Below are positions 60,281-64,000 of a stretch of DNA of 64,000 nt, piece by piece. The notes beneath the pieces are model-generated. The model made no database searches, was not told the DNA's origin, and saw nothing but the letters and a program-made list of their open reading frames with translations. Every line of letters starts with the position of its first letter. Position 1 is the first letter of the stretch. This DNA is from Fimbriosthenelais zetlandica (Eukaryota): positions 42,036,001 to 42,100,000 of the forward strand of contig OZ365109.1 in assembly GCA_977030845.1 (NCBI GenBank). The letters are read 5' to 3'. The position numbers and the translations under genes are program-made.

Positions 60281-61094
60281 TCTATTTTATTACATTGTCT
60301 CCGTTGTCCATCCTAAGCCCCTATAGCAGATCCACTCCCATCACTCATTCAGTACATTCATTTCTTACATACCAATAGACATCACATCCAATCACTATAG
60401 TCATAAAGAATGAAATTTACACATACACTCACTGCAAACACTTTATCAGTGCATGATCTTCAAGGCATTTGCTTCAGCTTATAATTGAAATCTTAAAGTC
60501 ATACTGCGATAGGACATTATTCTTTCTACATTTTGATGGTACCCGTTTTATAATAGGACCCTTTGTATACAGAGAAATGAGTTTTGTAATAAGATATATT
60601 TATTCCTGAAGTCTTTTTCCATAGTTTTCTCTTAGAGAAAAGAGGGGAACTGCAGTGTTCGTAGAGATTCTTCGTGAATAATATATTATGTTATAATGGA
60701 ATTGCATGCGTGAAAAGAGTCTGCTTTCATTTTGAAGTGTTCTGTCAACTGCTTCTGTCGACAAAACGGTATATGAACTTGCAAGATATAGGCTACTTTT
60801 TACAGAAGTATATTAAGGATGTTAAGGACCATGCCTACTTATTTGGTGTGCAAGTCGAATTTTATTTTGTTAATTCACGTCTCTCTTTTGCTCATGCATC
60901 AAAATTGCATGGGGAGAATTTCATGGACTATGCCAGTGCAATATTTACACACGAACGTAATTCACCGAGCAGAAATAACCCTGTTTTATAAATTGATAAT
61001 TTGGTATAATAAAAAGTGTCCTGGAGCATTTACATTGACATTGAATGATATGCTGCGAGTGTAAAGAATGGAGGCAGAGAAAATATGTATTTAC

Positions 61095-61150
61095 AGCTCG
61101 GGAATTGAACCCGGGACCTTTTGGTTTAGGATTACACCCTGACATTCCCT
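61095..61150 (-). mobile_element. Degraded tRNA-like SINE head
   Basis: Minus strand aaaaggtcccgGGTTCAATTCCcgagc with an intact B box; no intact A box or acceptor stem. Confidence 0.5.
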
Positions 61151-62283
61151 TATCCTTTCTCTCATTTCAACATTCTTTTAGCCATTAATTCTTTTTAACG
61201 CTTCATTTCTTATACAGGATGGGTTTCATTTGAATATCCTACATGTGTGCCCATTGGATTCGAGCCTGATGCTGATGAGATTCATATGTATATTACTAAT
61301 TAACCTTATCCAATACATAAGGAAGGAATAATGCTTGCCCTACACCAACCATTCCAACTTATAGACCTGTAATAATTTCGCTTTCTTTTCTTTCAGCTTC
61401 ATTTTATCTCTGTGAAATATTACCACCTTCTTTCATTAAAATAACATTTACTTCTTTAAAGCTGCTTCATTGCAAATTGATTTACTTTCATTTTATTTTC
61501 AGAATAGTAATTAAGGAGTTCCTTTCCTTCTATGCCAGTCTGCTTTGTGTCAAGAACGATATTTGTAGACCACTATTTTCGCTAATGTTTGTTGATTTAG
61601 GTTAATTTGGATGAGGAAAAGAAAGGGTAATTTTCTGCTTGTCCGAGAACTGAATCTGTTCATTGTTTTGGGGTGTTAGGTTGTAGTCTGAAACCTCTTC
61701 TTTTTTGGGAGGGACTGCAAATTTTTGTCAGTGTTTGAAAAAACAAACAAATATTTTTCCAGGTCCCAGGCTCTTGACCCCCAAAACCTGTTATGAGGTA
61801 CTATCAGGTGGTTGGGAAGATTATTGGATATAACCTGATATGACAATGTTTAGCTTCTGACTAATGACGATTACACTTTTATTTCATATATATCAAAACC
61901 TTGGTATGTGCACAATAAAGGTTGGACTTGTTTGTCCTTTTGATTAGTCCTTTAATTATCATTTTCTATTATTGTGTACAATGCTTTACATCTATATAAT
62001 ATTTTACACCTTAATCAATACGATTTTTTTCAGCTCAAGACACTTGCACCTTCCCTGTTCAATTGCATTTCACTTAATAAAATTAATTACATTTAAACAA
62101 TGATAATTCCCAAAACATGGCACTTCTTAAAGCTTCTTGGACGATAAGCATTACTCATTACTCACTCGCTAGCGCTTCTTATTAACAATTACTACTACTA
62201 ACAAATAACTCTGAACAAAATAAATTGTTGCTTTTGCTGCGCTATCCATCTTATTTCGCAGGATTTTAATGATATAAGTTTAA

Positions 62284-62487
<204 letters not shown>

Positions 62488-63337
62488 TGACCTCTCAAAG
62501 CTTTCATTTTTCACCATTATTGCAAATAACAATATGGAAAGATATTGCCAGTACTATAGGGGCTTCTGCAATATTGTCAATATGTCTGTGTGTCTTATGC
62601 CTCTTGCTTTCAACATAATAATGTCGGATGTTTTTGTCTTAGAGCATAATGGACTGATGTTCACAGGACATATCCCTTGTCTATAAATAGGAATTGCTTC
62701 CCACTTCAACAATATACAACATTGGGACTATTTAGTAATGTTACTAAACCACATATCATGTTGATCATCCTGTTTTTAATTGCATATCCCACAAGCAAAA
62801 CCGTTTCAAGTAAACAGCTAGCAGAATATGGCGTGAAATTTACATGACCGTATAAGTTCACGGATTCAGTTCCAGATGATTTTACATGACCCCCCTGTAA
62901 TTTACCCCGACTGGGCAAATCAGGCTAATTAAAACCATTATTACAGGACCCGCCTGTACATTTGAAAGGACATATTTTCAGTGTAGATAACATGACACTC
63001 TTAAATCTGGGGATAACAATAATATAATTATGAATAGAAACTAGTGATGTTGGATGTAACTGTATCTCAATCCATTGTTATAACAGAATATGAGAGTGTT
63101 AGAGTAGAATGAGAGATGAGTTCCCCCCAGCTCCCAATCTCTGTATTGTATAGTGAGATGGGTGAAGTTGATAATGCTGCAGGCCTAGCTGACCCTTGGT
63201 GACCCCTGCTGACCCGGGCTGACATGTCAGTGTGTGGAGGGAGGTATTGTGAGGAGGTGGGGTGGCCGGGGGTGATACTACCATCACTGACACTGGCACA
63301 AACCTGACACTTTCTAATCCACTCTATCTCAGCTTCA

Positions 63338-63430
63338 CTTCCTTCCTCTCTTCTCATCTCCTCTTCTTAGGCCTACTTCCTTCCTCTCTTCTCATTTAAT
63401 TCTCTTCTTACCTCCTTCCTCTCCTCTTTT
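63338..63430. repeat. CT-rich tandem repeat, about 3 x 32-35 bp
   Basis: Unit cttccttcctctcttctcat..ctcttctta; the first junction carries an extra GGCCTA. Confidence 0.85.
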
Positions 63431-63459
63431 TTCATTCCCTTCTTTCTCTACCATGAACG

Positions 63460-63686
63460 ATTTGATTGTGGGAGGTCCCCAGTTCAATTCCCCATGTATT
63501 CTCCAAATTTGCCCTTCTCCTTCTCCACGCAGACAGTGCTGCTGACTGTGATATTAATGGTCATCCATGTCTCCCACCCACTGCCTTTGCTGATGGATAT
63601 TGCTATCTTTTGTGAAGTGAAATTGTGGCTGACAGCGTGTTTCCTCTCGTTTTGAGCTGAGTAGACGTTCACCCAATATTCACTCA
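63460..63686 (+). mobile_element. tRNA-derived SINE, family A, copy 3 (degraded)
   Basis: gggaggtccccaGTTCAATTCC; ctccaaattt; cagtgctgctgactgtgatat; gtgtttcctctcg..agacgttcacccaata followed by ttcactca. Confidence 0.75.
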
Positions 63687-64000
63687 GTTGTTTCGCCTAC
63701 TCGCTCCAATCGTCTTGTTTTCCTACCTTCTCGGATTCATTATGTTGTAATCTGAAGCCGCCATTTCCTCTTTGATTCATTACCTGTCATTTATATCCTC
63801 ATTATTCATTTTTACTGCTTGTCATTTCACCGACTATGTAATCTCTCTACTTTTGTGTCTTTTGATTTTAATTTTCCAGCCATTTTCAGTTTGTTTGTAT
63901 GATATCTCCGAGTCGTCCCATTTTCCTTTTATAATTTTTCATTAATTTTCTGCATGCTTGATTATCCTTTTAATGAAATGCTGCACTGAATATTATTATA

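Noticed and set aside
59804-60378. 157 aa and 138 aa His/Pro/Ser-rich ORFs
   Set aside because: Translations of a degenerate (CCAT)n microsatellite.

Overview
Eukaryotic, AT-rich genomic DNA with GT-AG introns. The motif content suggests a marine invertebrate deuterostome such as an echinoderm (inference only). There is no prokaryotic system, rRNA, true tRNA or CRISPR array. Four spliced genes can be reconstructed with exact splice phases. (1) An ankyrin-repeat/SOCS-box (ASB-family) gene, + strand, 1105-3355, 571 aa. (2) Thymidine phosphorylase, - strand, six coding exons 11278-5637; the C-terminal exon(s) are not found in the window, so the ASB gene may be nested in its intron. (3) BRI3, - strand, 138 aa. 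(4) A conventional protein kinase C, + strand, transcribed divergently from BRI3; exons 1-4 are present and a 37.7 kb intron 3 fills most of the window. The non-coding DNA holds tRNA-derived SINEs, several MITE families, a roughly 4.2 kb inverted-repeat element, an RTE-like LINE remnant and mini/microsatellites. The most striking unexplained signal is a dense series of TA-flanked micro-motifs: TAGGCCTA (37 by manual count against about 0.7 expected), TAGGCTA/TAGCCTA, TACATGTA, TACAGTA/TACTGTA and TACCGGTA. Repeat copies inside the window show TAGGCCTA behaving as an insertion at a TA, and the motifs chain together. This fits accumulated excision footprints of TA-targeting DNA transposons. Novelty could not be checked without databases.
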